A stretch of 62,904 bases of DNA, the filler included, from Atractiella rhizophila (lineage: Eukaryota), in NCBI GenBank assembly GCA_021432655.1. It is 10 parts of 6 records of this genome, joined end to end, with 100 filler letters (N's around TTAATTAATTAA, not from the genome) between each part and the next. Parts side by side here need not be neighbours in the genome. Positions count along the whole stretch, not along the records: positions 43,866 to 58,049 come from MU271185.1; positions 58,150 to 60,059 come from MU271189.1; positions 60,160 to 61,652 come from MU271194.1; positions 61,753 to 62,904 come from MU271197.1; 6 more parts are not named here. One strand, 5' to 3'. Position 1 is the stretch's first letter, and each line of letters begins with the position of its first letter. Below, piece by piece: positions 49,318-61,783 of the stretch. A program made the position numbers and the translations under genes. Under the pieces are notes generated by a model. The model was not told the origin of the DNA. It was given only the letters and a program-made list of their open reading frames with translations, and searched no databases.

Positions 49318-52300
49318 TAGGGACTCGTGTGACAAGTTCATGATAAGTTCATGACGGCTAGTCATGACTTTTTCAACCAAAATTTCAATTCATCAGTCAT
49401 GTCACGGATCATACATTACATTCATGACAAGTCATGATTCTCAGGTGATTATTCATGACACTTCATGATTCAGTAACGAAGCAGGGCAGGAAAGAGTAGT
49501 TCTGATTGGTTTGTATGTGTGTTTATGTCTACTATGTCTTAAAGTAATCAAAAAGCTCTTTGTCTGTCCCACACAGCAATCCAGCATCATGCCAGGAGCC
49601 TAAAGCCATAGCAGCACAGAATGAATCTTGTGATAGATTGTGCCGGAGGCCGGTGATCTGAAGTCCTCCTGCACCGAAAGCACATTCCGCATTGGTACTG
49701 GTCACTAAGGAAGGGTCACCAGAAGGCAAGGAGTAAGGAAATGGTACATACCAGGGCAGAAGAGCACAGCTATTGGTAGCTTCGCAAGATTAAGATACTG
49801 GCTTCCTTGCCGTTCCCCATTCCACAAAGCCAGTACATTGAAGTCCTTGTGTGTCTTCTCCAGGTCATCTTCTAAGTACCGCCTGATCTCATCATATTCT
49901 GTCTCAACCGTCTGTTGATAATCTTTTCAATATGGAAACTGTTCCTCTGCATCAGAGTCCTCCTGATCTGGCAGATCAGTTGCAACTATGGTCTCTGCGG
50001 AAGGAGTAGGATGGTAGGTCTTGAACTCCTCGTGTAGCAATGTCCGATTATCTTGAATCCAGGAGATGAGCCACCCTGCATGTTCATAGTACTTGAGTTT
50101 GTGATAAGGGTGAAGTACTAGAAGTTCACATCAGTTCAGTAATAATAACCAAGAGGGACGAACCCATTGCCAACTTATACATGCTTGTCTCCTGACAAGC
50201 TTTTGAATAATATTTATTAAGAACCGTAATCGCGCGACAAGCACCCAACCGAATAAATGGATTTGCATTTCGGTTAAGCTTGATGTTGTGAAGGTTATGG
50301 TCAAACCTATCGAGATAAGGGATTACGTCTGTAAGGAGCACCCGTTTCTTGGTAGATAGCTTGACTGTGGCTCGATAGAAAGGCATCTTGCACAGATTAA
50401 ATCGAAGGAATTGATAAACCTTGAGAACCGCAATTCACCTAGGACTTTGCATTCGGGTTCCATCACTTCATACTTCTTAAGTTTGAATGAGCTCTGTTCT
50501 GTAAGACCATCGAAAGCTTGTCGGAGCAAGAGGGCTCGTTCGAGGAAGAGGAAGAGACTGTTCCACCAAGTGACAACCTCTCAGATTGGAAGTCGTGCAT
50601 CTGTAAGGTTCATGTAAAATCGCTCCACAAGACGCTGAAATTCCGTGTTCATCGAGCTGCTATTAACGATCTTGTGAGACAGTTCCCGAATCTGCAATGT
50701 CTTAAGCAATGAATACATGATCAAGCTATACGGACCTTTTGAACACATCCATGAACAGCTTGGTGCTCCTCCGTACTGAACTTGATGTTCAGTCTCTTAT
50801 CATCAGCTCTCAATGGATCCTCCTGTTCCAGTTCCTTCAACACTTCATCGCATATCTCTTCAATAATCTCATCACCCATAGCTTTCTGTGCCGTATCATG
50901 GCTTGCCACTATCTTATCGATTATGGCAGCCTCTTCCTTGCTGATATTTACAGCTCCGTCATCTTCAAATCTCTCAGTTTCTTCGCCCTTCGCCCTTCTT
51001 TTCTTCTCTTTCATGAAGGGCGAGATCAGAGCCTAAAAGGATGTCAGGTAAGAAACGTGATTAGAAATTAAGGAGCATACCTTTGCAACCAGGTTGAGGA
51101 CATGATTGAGGCACCGGATTTGGTATTCTTGCCCCTTAAAGGAGGAGAGCAAGAGCTTGAGTTCCGAAACCATTGTGTCGTTGTTTGATGCACTATTGAT
51201 CACCAGTCCCATCAACTAATTTCCATGTTCAATTCGATGGACATGGCAAAGGACAAGCAAGACTGACTTTTCCGTCTATACCATACCGCTCTAACACCTT
51301 CGCAATCTCTCTGGCCAAATATCTCCCCGTGTGCGAATCACTCAGCCTGTGAGGAAGATCAGCATACAGGACACAGCAGGGATCTAACACTGTCCCGGAC
51401 AAACTCTAAAATGATCTCTTTACCTCAGTTCCCGACCAATAATGAACCAGCATGGCAAGCCAAGCCATGTGGTTCCTCGAGGTCCAAGCATCAGTAGAAA
51501 CATGAAACCGTCAATGTCCTATCCCACAACTATCGGAAAGTGAGATGCGAAATGAGGAGAAACTTCTACCTTCAAATAAACATCCTTAATAATCTGGGCA
51601 GCTCGAGTATAGATGTTCCAGAGATCCTTCGAGACTTGGTCACCACTAACAAGGTGCACATCAGGTCGAAGAATCTTGAAGATGACACGGAGCTCGTAAT
51701 CCTCAACAATATTGAACGGCCGTTTGCGTCGAGCACAGAGGAGAGCGAGCCAGAATCGGAAGCGTCGAGGGGAGTAAGGGAACCACGGAATGCCACTCTT
51801 CTTTCCATCTCCAGAATCCTTCTTTTCATCACTCTTGTCCCCGAAGGCATACCCAAATTCATTCAGTGTTGTTGAACGCTCACTGGACTTCACATGCTTT
51901 GCCTCACATGCCTGAACACCTACCAAAAGTTGCGACGTCAGTGCAGCCCCACTTGCAAACCCATCCCTTTTCCGGTCAACTTCATGATCTTGAAACACCT
52001 TACAAGTAAAGCGATAATAAATAACCTCCTTCTTTTCACTTCCCTCCACTTCTTCCTTCTTGACAATCATCGGAGCATCATAATAGGCATAGACAGAGGA
52101 TTTCCAAGATTTGATTTCAGCTTCCCTGATCTATGTTCAGAGAAGCAAATGGAGAGTAAAGGTACTTACAAGTGTGCCTCTTCGTCCAAATGTGACTTAT
52201 CCTTCTTGACATGAGTCGCTTTTGCTTCGGAGCAATGACAGGTTCTGTTGTTGCATGAGAAAGTTGGAAATACAGCAGAAAAAGCTTACCAGAGATGGAG

Positions 52301-52703
52301 TCGCCCCTTGACTACTTGCTGGTCTGAGCCTCGTCAATTGTGATTGGGTGACCAGCGTCAGTGCCTTCCTGAGCAGTCAGAGCAGTCATTTCGCTTCTTC
52401 TTGCTGGTTGATGCGAAAAGCCTACCTCAAAAACCTCAGCCGGTCGAGCAAGGGCCGAAGCCGAATCCGTGAAGAGACGAGGCTTGTGGAAATCACGATG
52501 GCTGTAACTTCAGCCAGCATGAGTTGTGCGCGGTGACTTATTCATGACTAGTCATGACTCAAGAATTTCTCCAGCCTGACGTTTCACAGTTCATGTCACA
52601 GTCACAGTCACCAGTTCACCAGTTCATGAACAGCTTATTCATGACTTTTTGGTGAACGATACGGTGACTGTTCATGAATTATTCACATTCACGCAAGTCC
52701 CTA
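49318..52703 (-). mobile_element. hAT DNA transposon, 3386 bp, with TIRs, 8-bp TSD and an inactivated intron-containing transposase
   Basis: TIRs TAGGGACTCGTGTGA / TAGGGACTTGCGTGA (13/15). TSD GCTAAGCT (49310-49317) / GCTAAGAT (52704-52711). Motifs RPFNIVED, STDAWTS, HTGEYLA, IRCLNHVLNLVAK, TWWNS and dimerisation-domain TSTNAECAF…RHNLS. Confidence 0.93.
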
Positions 52704-54761
52704 GCTAAGATACCATCAGTTATCTTCCCTTCTTCTCCCGATCGATTGTACATGGTTGGAGCCGACAGGAGAGGTGTAGAGAGACGGGGGAGTTGTGAGG
52801 TATAAAGTGGTCAATGTGACTTCCAAGTTAGGCAGGAGCCGCTTCCAGAATAGGAAGCATGTGAGCGGGTTGACCATTGTATCTCACATAGTGGTTTGGT
52901 CCTGTATGGTAGACTGGGAATTCTCTCTGCTCGTATTCTCAGATGTAATCTGCTGGTTCTTTGGGGACAGGGGCGTGAAGGAGAAGGGGGATATGGAGGG
53001 TGGAGCTGAGAAGGTGAAGACGATGAGAGGACGCCAGTTGAGGATTCGGCTATTCTTTGGAGGGTGGCTCAAGGAAGAGATATGCAGGGCTAGGAGCGCA
53101 TTGAGAGAGTCTGCACTGAGCGAGCGGAGTTCTCAGGCATGGGTTCGGGAAAGTGGAGAGTGATGCTGGAGGGACTCAGATTTTTATGCACGTTCTAAAG
53201 AACATACGACGGAAGGGTGCGCAACTCATATCACTCTACATCTAACACAACATTTGACTAGGACAGGTCTAGAATTCGTTCGGGACGGTGTCATCCTTCC
53301 ATCCCTCCTCACTCTGTCCAACGTACCGTTTGTCAAACAGCTCGCCTCCCTCATACTCGACGCCTCGTGCTAGATGGTTGTGAGCAATCTTAAAATCCCA
53401 TCCGCACGAAGTCTTTTCTTGCGCACTGTTAGACCACAATGTGGTAACGGTCATAGCTATTTCGTTACTGCGGGGAGTGAGTCAGTTTCCCAGTGTTTAT
53501 CTACGGGCTCTTGGGGGATGAGGAAATGAGGGATACAGGAAATGACAGCATTGGATGGGAAAGAGTATAATTGCTGTTGTGATTATTTCATTCTTGGAGG
53601 AAGCTTCAGGGCATGAGGAGATCGGGTTTGTGAGGAGGGTGTCTGTCTGTGTTCTGTATTATGGGTGCCTTCTCTTATGCAAACAATTCTACTGATTCCT
53701 GTAAAAGCACCTAAGACATCAAGTTCCGCCCATAAAGTGCCACAGTGTAAAGAAGCCGATTCATCCTTTGAGCCTTGCTTGAGTTGTTTCTACGGTTGAC
53801 GATGACTATGTATTCAAGAATGGACTACTTAGGAGAACAGAAGGAGCTGCAGTCGAAGCTCAAAGATGTAGTATAACAATGGCACTATTTCTTGAACCCG
53901 TTGTGGAAGTAGGAATCACATCTTTTTGATCCTTCATTTCCTGCATAGTCCCGAAAGTTGCATTCACGCAGCTGCAAGGTTTAATCGCCGTCGTATCCGT
54001 CAATGACACTCTTTATCGAGTTCTCCCCGTCCTAGAGCGAACCATCATCACCAGGTTTCAACTTTGTGACATCAAGGCGGAGGAGAAGAGGGAGATGAAC
54101 CTGCATTATCGTAACGGCCCAAATTATCGCTTTAGACTTATAGATATAAGTGATGAGCGACTTAAAGTCGACATAGCAACTAAATCAATCATTTGCTCAA
54201 CTCTCCCAGCCCTTACCTATCCGCAAATAAATAAGCAACCAGGAAGCTTCAGAATGCGTACAGGCAGTAGAAGCATACGCTCTTAGATGTCGACGGCGAT
54301 TATCCTTCTTCTAGTCGCTGAGGCCGTGCGACTGACTGTGCGAGGAGTCTCACGGGACCAACTCTTCACAACAACGTTATTATTCTTTTATTCTATGGGT
54401 AGAGGGAGGGAGACGAACCTGCAGATGGCGACATTCAACACAGCTTTCATCCACTGATACGCACTACGCTTTTGGCAGCCACGGAGCGTTCCTTCTCCTC
54501 GAACATGTTCTATCCATCGGTTTCGTTATGTAAGATATTCGACGGAGCAGAGGGAACGGAATTCACGTCCTGAAGTTTTTAGGCGCTTTCAGTACAGACA
54601 TTGATAAATCAGCGATGGGAGAGAGGAGTAGACCAGAGCAAGCATCGTACAGGTCGTCTCTGAGCTTGTAGAATCCTTGGAGAGTTCCGTCGTGCCATCC
54701 AATGCAGTTAGGCCCTGAACATGTACCTCAGAACGGACAGATTTGGGTCAAACTAGGTTCA

Positions 54762-54909
54762 NNNNNNNNNNNNNNNNNNNNNNNNNNNNNNNNNNNNNNN
54801 NNNNNNNNNNNNNNNNNNNNNNNNNNNNNNNNNNNNNNNNNNNNNNNNNNNNNNNNNNNNNNNNNNNNNNNNNNNNNNNNNNNNNNNNNNNNNNNNNNNN
54901 NNNNNNNNN
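54762..54909. other. Scaffold gap (148 N, no linker motif)
   Basis: Run of N without TTAATTAATTAA. Confidence 0.95.
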
Positions 54910-55309
54910 AGATGAAGGAAAGGATGACAGACGGCCTGTGGTGAGATCTTGCACATTGAGAACGCGGCGCGTCGTGAGTTTGACCGTCTTCTTCTTAGTC
55001 CGCCTTCGTGACCACCAGTTCCTTTCATCTCCTCCGCCGCCACATGCAGTCAGTAGTACACTCACACCGCTGTTCTTCACGTCCTCCATCGTCTCTCCCA
55101 CGTCCCACGTCCTTCCCTCCCTTCCAACTCTGAGTTAGCCGTTTATCTCATGCAATCCCACACCTCACCAGTCTCACCTCTCTCGTGTCTCGCTGGTCTC
55201 CTTCATCGTGGATAGCCTCCTTCATCAGCCCTCCGGCTCAGGCTCCTGCTGCTCTCTCCTCCACAGTTCCCTTGCACGTCAGCTAACCCATCGTCCTCTT
55301 TAGCTGATG

Positions 55310-56245
55310 ACCTTACCAGACTACGGCCCAATGGAGTCGGTACGGACCGAAACACCTGGACAGCTGGTGACAGAGCAGACCCGGCGGGGAGGGGAGGCGC
55401 ATGGAGGGGAGACTGTAGGGAGGGTGTGCGCAAGTGATGAACGGACAAGTACAATCAGCGCGAAGAAGGGAGGGAATGAGAGGTATTACCAACAGCATGG
55501 GACATAATGGAAGGCGAAGTGTGACAGAGATGTGAGGGGAAAAGAGGTACCGTTAGAAAAGACAGGAATCGAGAGCGCTGCTTTAACCGCTCTAACCTGA
55601 TCCCTGAGCAAGTGGTCAGTAGATACGTTCACTGATATAGGTATTAGGTAACTCACCAACCCGCTAAACCGGTCGACCGTCCCCCCATTTCTTTCGTCCG
55701 CCCGTCCAACACCACCCAGCACTGTTCGACCCTGCTGCCTACAGCACCTTCGCGTACTCGACTGGCTACTCAAGGGAGAGACCAACGCGTCGGAAGCGTT
55801 GGGACCAAAATGGGAGACCCCGGAAGCGCCGTCCTGCCCACCAGTCGGCTAATACATGCCTTGCACCCTATCCCGCTTCTCCATCAAGAAAGCACCAGAT
55901 TCCCCTCGCTTTACAACGCCCTGAGGCCATCCTAAATCCAACATCCATCGCATCGCAACCTCCGTGCTCATCTCGTCAGCAAGAATCGATGCACTGTCCA
56001 CTCCCATAAAAAAAACTCGTTGCCCGCAGAACCGAACAACAAGTGGTCGGTCGAAGCTTGAGACTTCTGATCACCAAAGCAAAGGACAGAAGTAACAGAG
56101 CAGCTCGAGGATTGTACGGATGGACGTCGGAGAAGCAAGGTGAGCTTTTTCTCAACCATCGGAGCCTAACAGAGCTCCACCCCGTCTAAGCGCGAGAGCA
56201 TGCCCCAAGCCCAATTCGGAACCATCTATGCGACGCTAACCAACT
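55310..56245 (-). pseudogene. DUS1: Decayed, intron-retaining copy of tRNA-dihydrouridine synthase (DUS1-like)
   Basis: Ordered motif remnants: SEL/AWGMLSR…ELC*APM, DRPLVVRFC, PQGVVKRGESGAFLME, VEYAKVL*AAG, GRTKEMGGRSTGLAGW|DQVRAVKAALSIPVFSNG. Multiple stops and frameshifts. Confidence 0.8.
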
Positions 56246-57144
56246 AATGCGTCACAGTAGACATAGCAAGTCAATCGCGTAAGACCAGTAGAGGCGAGTG
56301 ATGAAGCAGAAGCACCGACCATAGGCACAATGAGAGACTTCGGAAAGCCGTCAGAAAGAGATAAAACTCCCAACCCACTCGCCCATCCAACTCGTGCCGC
56401 CGTCTTCGCCGCATCACAAAAAATCTTGACCGCCAGCTATTGCCAACTCCGCTGCCGAAACAGCCATCCGAGAGTGCCACAATACCTACCCTAATTCTTC
56501 TAAGCTTATGTCAGCGCCACACGCAATCAGAGCAAAACGGGACGTTAAGAATCAAGATGACAGGGCCCGGCTCTAGCCCTACAGGAGAATAACGCAGAGT
56601 AGTTGAGGACCCAGTAAGAGAAAGGCTTGAAGGACATATACATATTTTGGATCATGGTTCGTCACTACACATCAGATGCCAGCTCGGCTCTTGTCAGCAA
56701 GCTGATCGATCGACAGCAGCCCGGACCGACTCACTGCGAAAAGTAGACATAATCTACATCTCCTTTCATTACATTCATTGGTTCCTTATTCGATGCTCAC
56801 ACGCGTCCCAGACAAGCGAATCCCTGTATTCAGATAACCTTTCGTGGAGACTAGGATACTCCTAAGGCACTTGGATGACAGGAGTAGACATAGGTCTTAT
56901 TACCTTGGCGCTTGCGCACTCAAGGGAATAGAATACTTGTAGAGTAAGGGAGCAAGGATATCACTATACTACTTGCTGCACTTATACAGTCGCATCTCTG
57001 AGTCGACCTAATTAACTTTATGGGACAACCGAGAGTCACTATCGATGGTCGGAAACTGTAATATTATGTCAGCAAATCGATGCTGATGTACACGTCCCTG
57101 GCCTGTTGTTGCTGATTTTGAAAGGTTAACCTACGCTTATCCAG

Positions 57145-58013
57145 ATGCAAGTCGACGAGGCTGCCTTTATCACTCTGCTGGATTGGTCCCCAATAGAACA
57201 CAGTCATCTTCCAACGCCGGAAGAAGTCTTCAGATCAAAAGTGCTTTCGGACCAGAGCACGATTGCAACTGTGAGGCTAGTCGACGGGCGAACTGTTGCG
57301 AAGTACGGCAGAAAGGTCTTTGTTCAAGAGGCCAATGCGATGATACTGGCGGCCAGCATCGGTGTGCCAGTCCCAGAGGTATGTTCTTTTAACTCTTACA
57401 AAGGAAGCTTCATTAATGCGTGGTTCCGCGTCAGGTATACGGAGCCTATCGATACAACGAGCAGACCTTCATCTTCATGGCTTTCGTACCTGGGGAGACG
57501 CTTGAACTTGCGTGGGACGGGATGACAGCCGAGCAGAAGGATCGTCTCATACTTGACCTTCGGGAAACACATGCCTCTCTCCGAAAACTCACCTCAACCT
57601 ACGTCGGTGGCCTAAACAAGGCGCCGATTACTTATCTTGCGAATTATGGCAACGCGGGCCCATATTCAACAGTCGAAGACTTCAACAATGCTATCATGAG
57701 TGCCATCGAAATCGACAACGGACAAGATCCTTTCTTCAGAGCTTCTCGTCGCCGCCTCATCGCTTGTAGCGAAGACAAACTTCCGGTATTTTCTTATGAG
57801 AACTTTCAACGTCAACATATAATCATGCAAGGAGGGAGACTAAGTGCAGTAGTTGGTTGGCGAAAAGCGGGGTTCATGCCTGTCCGTTGGGAATGGGTTT
57901 TCAAGCTTCCACATCAGAAGCATATTCTCTTGTTTGGAATTCAATCCTGGAAATCATACTACAGCCATTTGATATGGAATTGCTTGTCTATTGTGAATTT
58001 GCCCCTGCATTGA
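57145..58013 (+). CDS. APH/choline-kinase-like (protein-kinase-like fold) protein with degenerate catalytic motifs; intron 57379-57434, 5' end uncertain
   Basis: VAKYG…EANAM…VPVPEVYG…FIFMAFVPGETLELAW…GPY…PVFS…AGFMPVRWE is the fungal APH-family pattern. Confidence 0.8.
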
Positions 58014-58149
58014 AAAATGCTCAATAAACTGTAAAATAAACTGTTCTATNNNNNNNNNNNNNNNNNNNNNNNNNNNNNNNNNNNNNNNNNNNNTTAATTA
58101 ATTAANNNNNNNNNNNNNNNNNNNNNNNNNNNNNNNNNNNNNNNNNNNN

Positions 58150-58979
58150 GTCAGCCAGGTGGACAAGCAATGAAGAGAAGAACGAACCAAAGAGCAGCTG
58201 GTCCACCAGAGTAGATCCCTACAGAGTAGAGGATGCGAACGCCTTATTTTCGTTCATCAACACTAGTAATGCGCCAGATACAAAGAGGAACCGACCTCCA
58301 ACGAAGTACCTACTCGCATTTCGTCAGCTGTAGATTAGAAGAGGAAGAGGTACGCACAAGCTTCCAAAACTCGCAGCAAAATTTTCAAACTGTTTCCACG
58401 TCCTATGAAGCGTCTATCCTCCCAAACAATCGAGAAATACGCAAACCAGTCCGTCAACTCATGCCATCAACCAGAGAGAAGTAAAAGGGAGAAAAACGGA
58501 CCTGTTGATACCCAAACTGCCTCTACCATCATGAAGGTAGGGATTAGTTGTCACTTCTCCATAACGTAGGAGCAGAAAGGGGGGGTTAAGGGGGAAACAA
58601 AGATGGCAAATCCCTTCGCTGGTATTGTCCAGATCAGGTTCAAACGGTATCATCTCAGCACTTCTTCCCTTCCCTCCATCCGCGCATCCGCATCCACAAC
58701 AGCGTAGATGAGGCATGCTGATGAGAGACCAGGGACAGAAGGCACCCGCAGCCATTTTCCCACTCACAGAGAGGGAGAAGGTGCAAGTAAAAGAGAAGGA
58801 CGTTACCAATGAAACCAGTTCCGTTCATACTAGCCAATTTCGCCATCTCATCTCCGTCCTTTCCCCATCCCCTCCCTCCTTCCCACCGTTGAAAAAACTG
58901 GACGAAGACGCTGTACAAGAATCGCTTCATCATCTGTCCCACTACTCGCACTAGATTTTGGTGTGTTTGTGTCTGACAT
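58150..58979 (-). CDS. APC-family amino-acid permease (GABA/choline permease-like), 5' exons only
   Basis: Spliced MSDTNTPKSSASSGTDDEAIL|RQFGYQQ|TLHRTWKQFENFAASFGSL|YFVG|GVRILYSVGIYSGGPAALW with frame-consistent GT-AG introns. Confidence 0.85.
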
Positions 58980-60159
58980 TCTGTTTCTTCGAGTATTGAC
59001 TGAAACGTAGAGGGTGTGGAAGGGTGAGTGCAGGGAAGCACAACGTTCGAAATTTGAGCTCATCCAGACCGATCACCCAAAAACCATCACGTGCACTCAT
59101 TGTGCTTAGCATGCTGAATGTTTCTTTGACAAACCAATATTATAATCCCCCTCTCTTTTCCAGTTTAGCAGTTTAGCGGTGATTTATGAGCAATTCTGGT
59201 TGCTTCATGTTCAGGCGACGGCTCCAGTATGATCCCGTTACGGTCTGATCCTGGCCTCACCTCAACCGGTACAAAAATGAATACAAGGAGGAGCATCCTT
59301 GTCTTTTCTCCCTTCCCAAGCCACTACTAGTACTGAACTTTTGCAATTCATCCAAATTCATCCTCATTTACCAGCTTTGATATGAACTTATCCCTCTACT
59401 CCCGTCAATATGGCTGAACTTTCCAATTAGAGTGTGCTGGTCTGTGTTACGTACGAGTTACTGAATTTTTCCCATAGAAATCGCTGACTTCACGATCAGG
59501 AGCTGCTCGCAGCTAGGTTCATCGGCGATGGCGAGTCCTTGGTCATGTTATTATATGTTATTATATGTGTGACGCTGTGTTTGAAGATAGCTATTGACAA
59601 TATCTTTATGACCGCTGTCATTATTTGCATCGATGAACTGTATTTTCCGCTGTTTGTCATTGGCAGAAAAATCCAATATCCGTGATAATACATCGCAAGC
59701 CACCAAAACGTGGCAGGTGATGAACTTGCTTCTGGTGTCAGCCAAGCAGATCATCAGGACACACTCCTACGCAGGCAATACTGAATTAACATCAACATTG
59801 CAAACATTCAGTACTTTATCACGAAAGGGTATCAATAATTTCCGTATCCTCACAAACAACCTAATGCTCACAGTCCATCACGCATACTTCACAATTGCCA
59901 ACCCATCCAACGCAAACGCAACCCCTCATGGCCTCAGATCAAGGAGCCGACGGACCTTTCAGCTCAAGAGGAAGCAGCAGCCTTCTCAGCCGCTCTCCTC
60001 CGCTCCTCCTCCTTCTTCCCACTCCTGAAAGCAAGTATTTCCTTCCCGATCCTATTATTNNNNNNNNNNNNNNNNNNNNNNNNNNNNNNNNNNNNNNNNN
60101 NNNTTAATTAATTAANNNNNNNNNNNNNNNNNNNNNNNNNNNNNNNNNNNNNNNNNNNN

Positions 60160-60255
60160 TGGCGTCAAACAGGAATGCACCAACCTCTGGACGGGAAGGG
60201 GAAGGGAGCTGACGGCGGCAACGAGAAGGGTGATGAGAGCGATGGAGGAACGCAT
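60160..60255 (-). CDS. 5' end of a probable secreted protein (signal peptide), truncated by contig end
   Basis: MRSSIALITLLVAAVSSLPLP; TATAAAA on the minus strand at 60447-60441. Confidence 0.55.
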
Positions 60256-61783
60256 GATGATAGAGTTGACCAGACTGTAGATTGACTGACTGAAAGAATG
60301 AAACCGAAGTGAAAGAAGGGTCAACCCTTGATCGACTGAGCGATAGATGGGAGAAAGGGTAAGGAATATGGGGACTGAGACAGGGACAACACTTCCAGGT
60401 TCTACCTAGCTTGGGGAAGCGTTTCTGGAAGAGGGCTCGTTTTTATAGTTCCAACCTTGCGGACCTGAATCCTTGTCCTTGTGCCTTGCAACAACTTCTT
60501 GTGCCTCGCCCACAACAAAAGACAAAAATAAGTGGAGAGCTCATGAATTCAACTGGTAACTATTCAACGAATCTCGGGTTGTGTATCACAGGCACCGCCG
60601 ACCGCATGAGTTCCCCTTAAGTTGGAACTCTCCCGTATTTCCCGTTTTCAGGTTCATCTCCTCCAGCCGCAATTCCAGCTCTCTAGCGCGCAGGAGTTGG
60701 AGCTCTAGAGCTCAGGGATCGACGGCTTCTTGTGAAACCAACATCTCGAATACGAGCATACGAGCACACCTTTTTGTCACAAGACGAAGAGTAGTAAGAG
60801 GAAACCACTGACCACTCTTGCAGCATGCTCTGCAAAGACGGACTGTCCTCATCGCTCTGCCCAATGCCAAAGGGAGCTAACTTCATTGCCCGTAACTGAT
60901 GGAGTAGTCCCAATGTAATTTATTGTGAAGAGATTGACCTCAGCGCCGAGTGGAACGATTCAAAGTTCTGATATTGGATACATCTAAGCTGAAACACAGT
61001 GCCAACATGAGTCCTGTTGGCCCTCAGGCTTCCAGCGTCAAGGAGCTTGGGGTCGTTCAAGGTATAGCATGAACTCGGCATTCGATTGAGAACCAGACAA
61101 CCCAGGAAGACAACTGGCCAAGAAAAGCAACAGGGTGCCGCATAGTTGTGTCATCCATGCCACGACACGACGAGCAATATTTCCTCAAACCACAAGCGCC
61201 TTCTCAGGAAGCGGTAACAAATGTCAGCCTGTTGTTCAATGAACAAATTCTGAAGTTTTAGCAAAGAGAGCAAGGCGTTTGAAGTTGCGTGAAGTGTGAC
61301 GGGCAACTACGACTGCACGAGTCAGCAAATACGGGGTATATAATTGAAAGCTGCGATTCTGTTCTTGATGAAAAGCTGAACCCATTCGCATCGGCGTTAC
61401 GAAGGCATAAGGGAGGAGGAGGAAGAGGAAAGAACATTTGCCGCAAATGCGCGAACCAACGTAGAAAGGATATTAAATGCGAAATGGCTCACTATTAGCT
61501 GCGGCGCAAATGGAGTTAGCGTTCAACTTTCAACACTCAGCGTACTCAACTCAAAGGGTAGGCGTCGCAGTGACTTCGGAATGGGCAGCTTCATTAGGCT
61601 GCTCTGTTACCACGGCACCAACTAGGAAGAAAGGAAGAGGGCAGGGTTGGGANNNNNNNNNNNNNNNNNNNNNNNNNNNNNNNNNNNNNNNNNNNNTTAA
61701 TTAATTAANNNNNNNNNNNNNNNNNNNNNNNNNNNNNNNNNNNNNNNNNNNNAGCTGGAGGGGCGCAGGATTTTGAAGTTCTT

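Noticed and set aside
52720..54761. Possible minus-strand exons (for example AYQWMKAVLNVAICR|VGPVRLLAQSV)
   Set aside because: Splice-like signals exist, but no family could be identified and the model is cut by the N gap.
60600..61652. Possible minus-strand gene fragment
   Set aside because: No coherent reading frame or motif.
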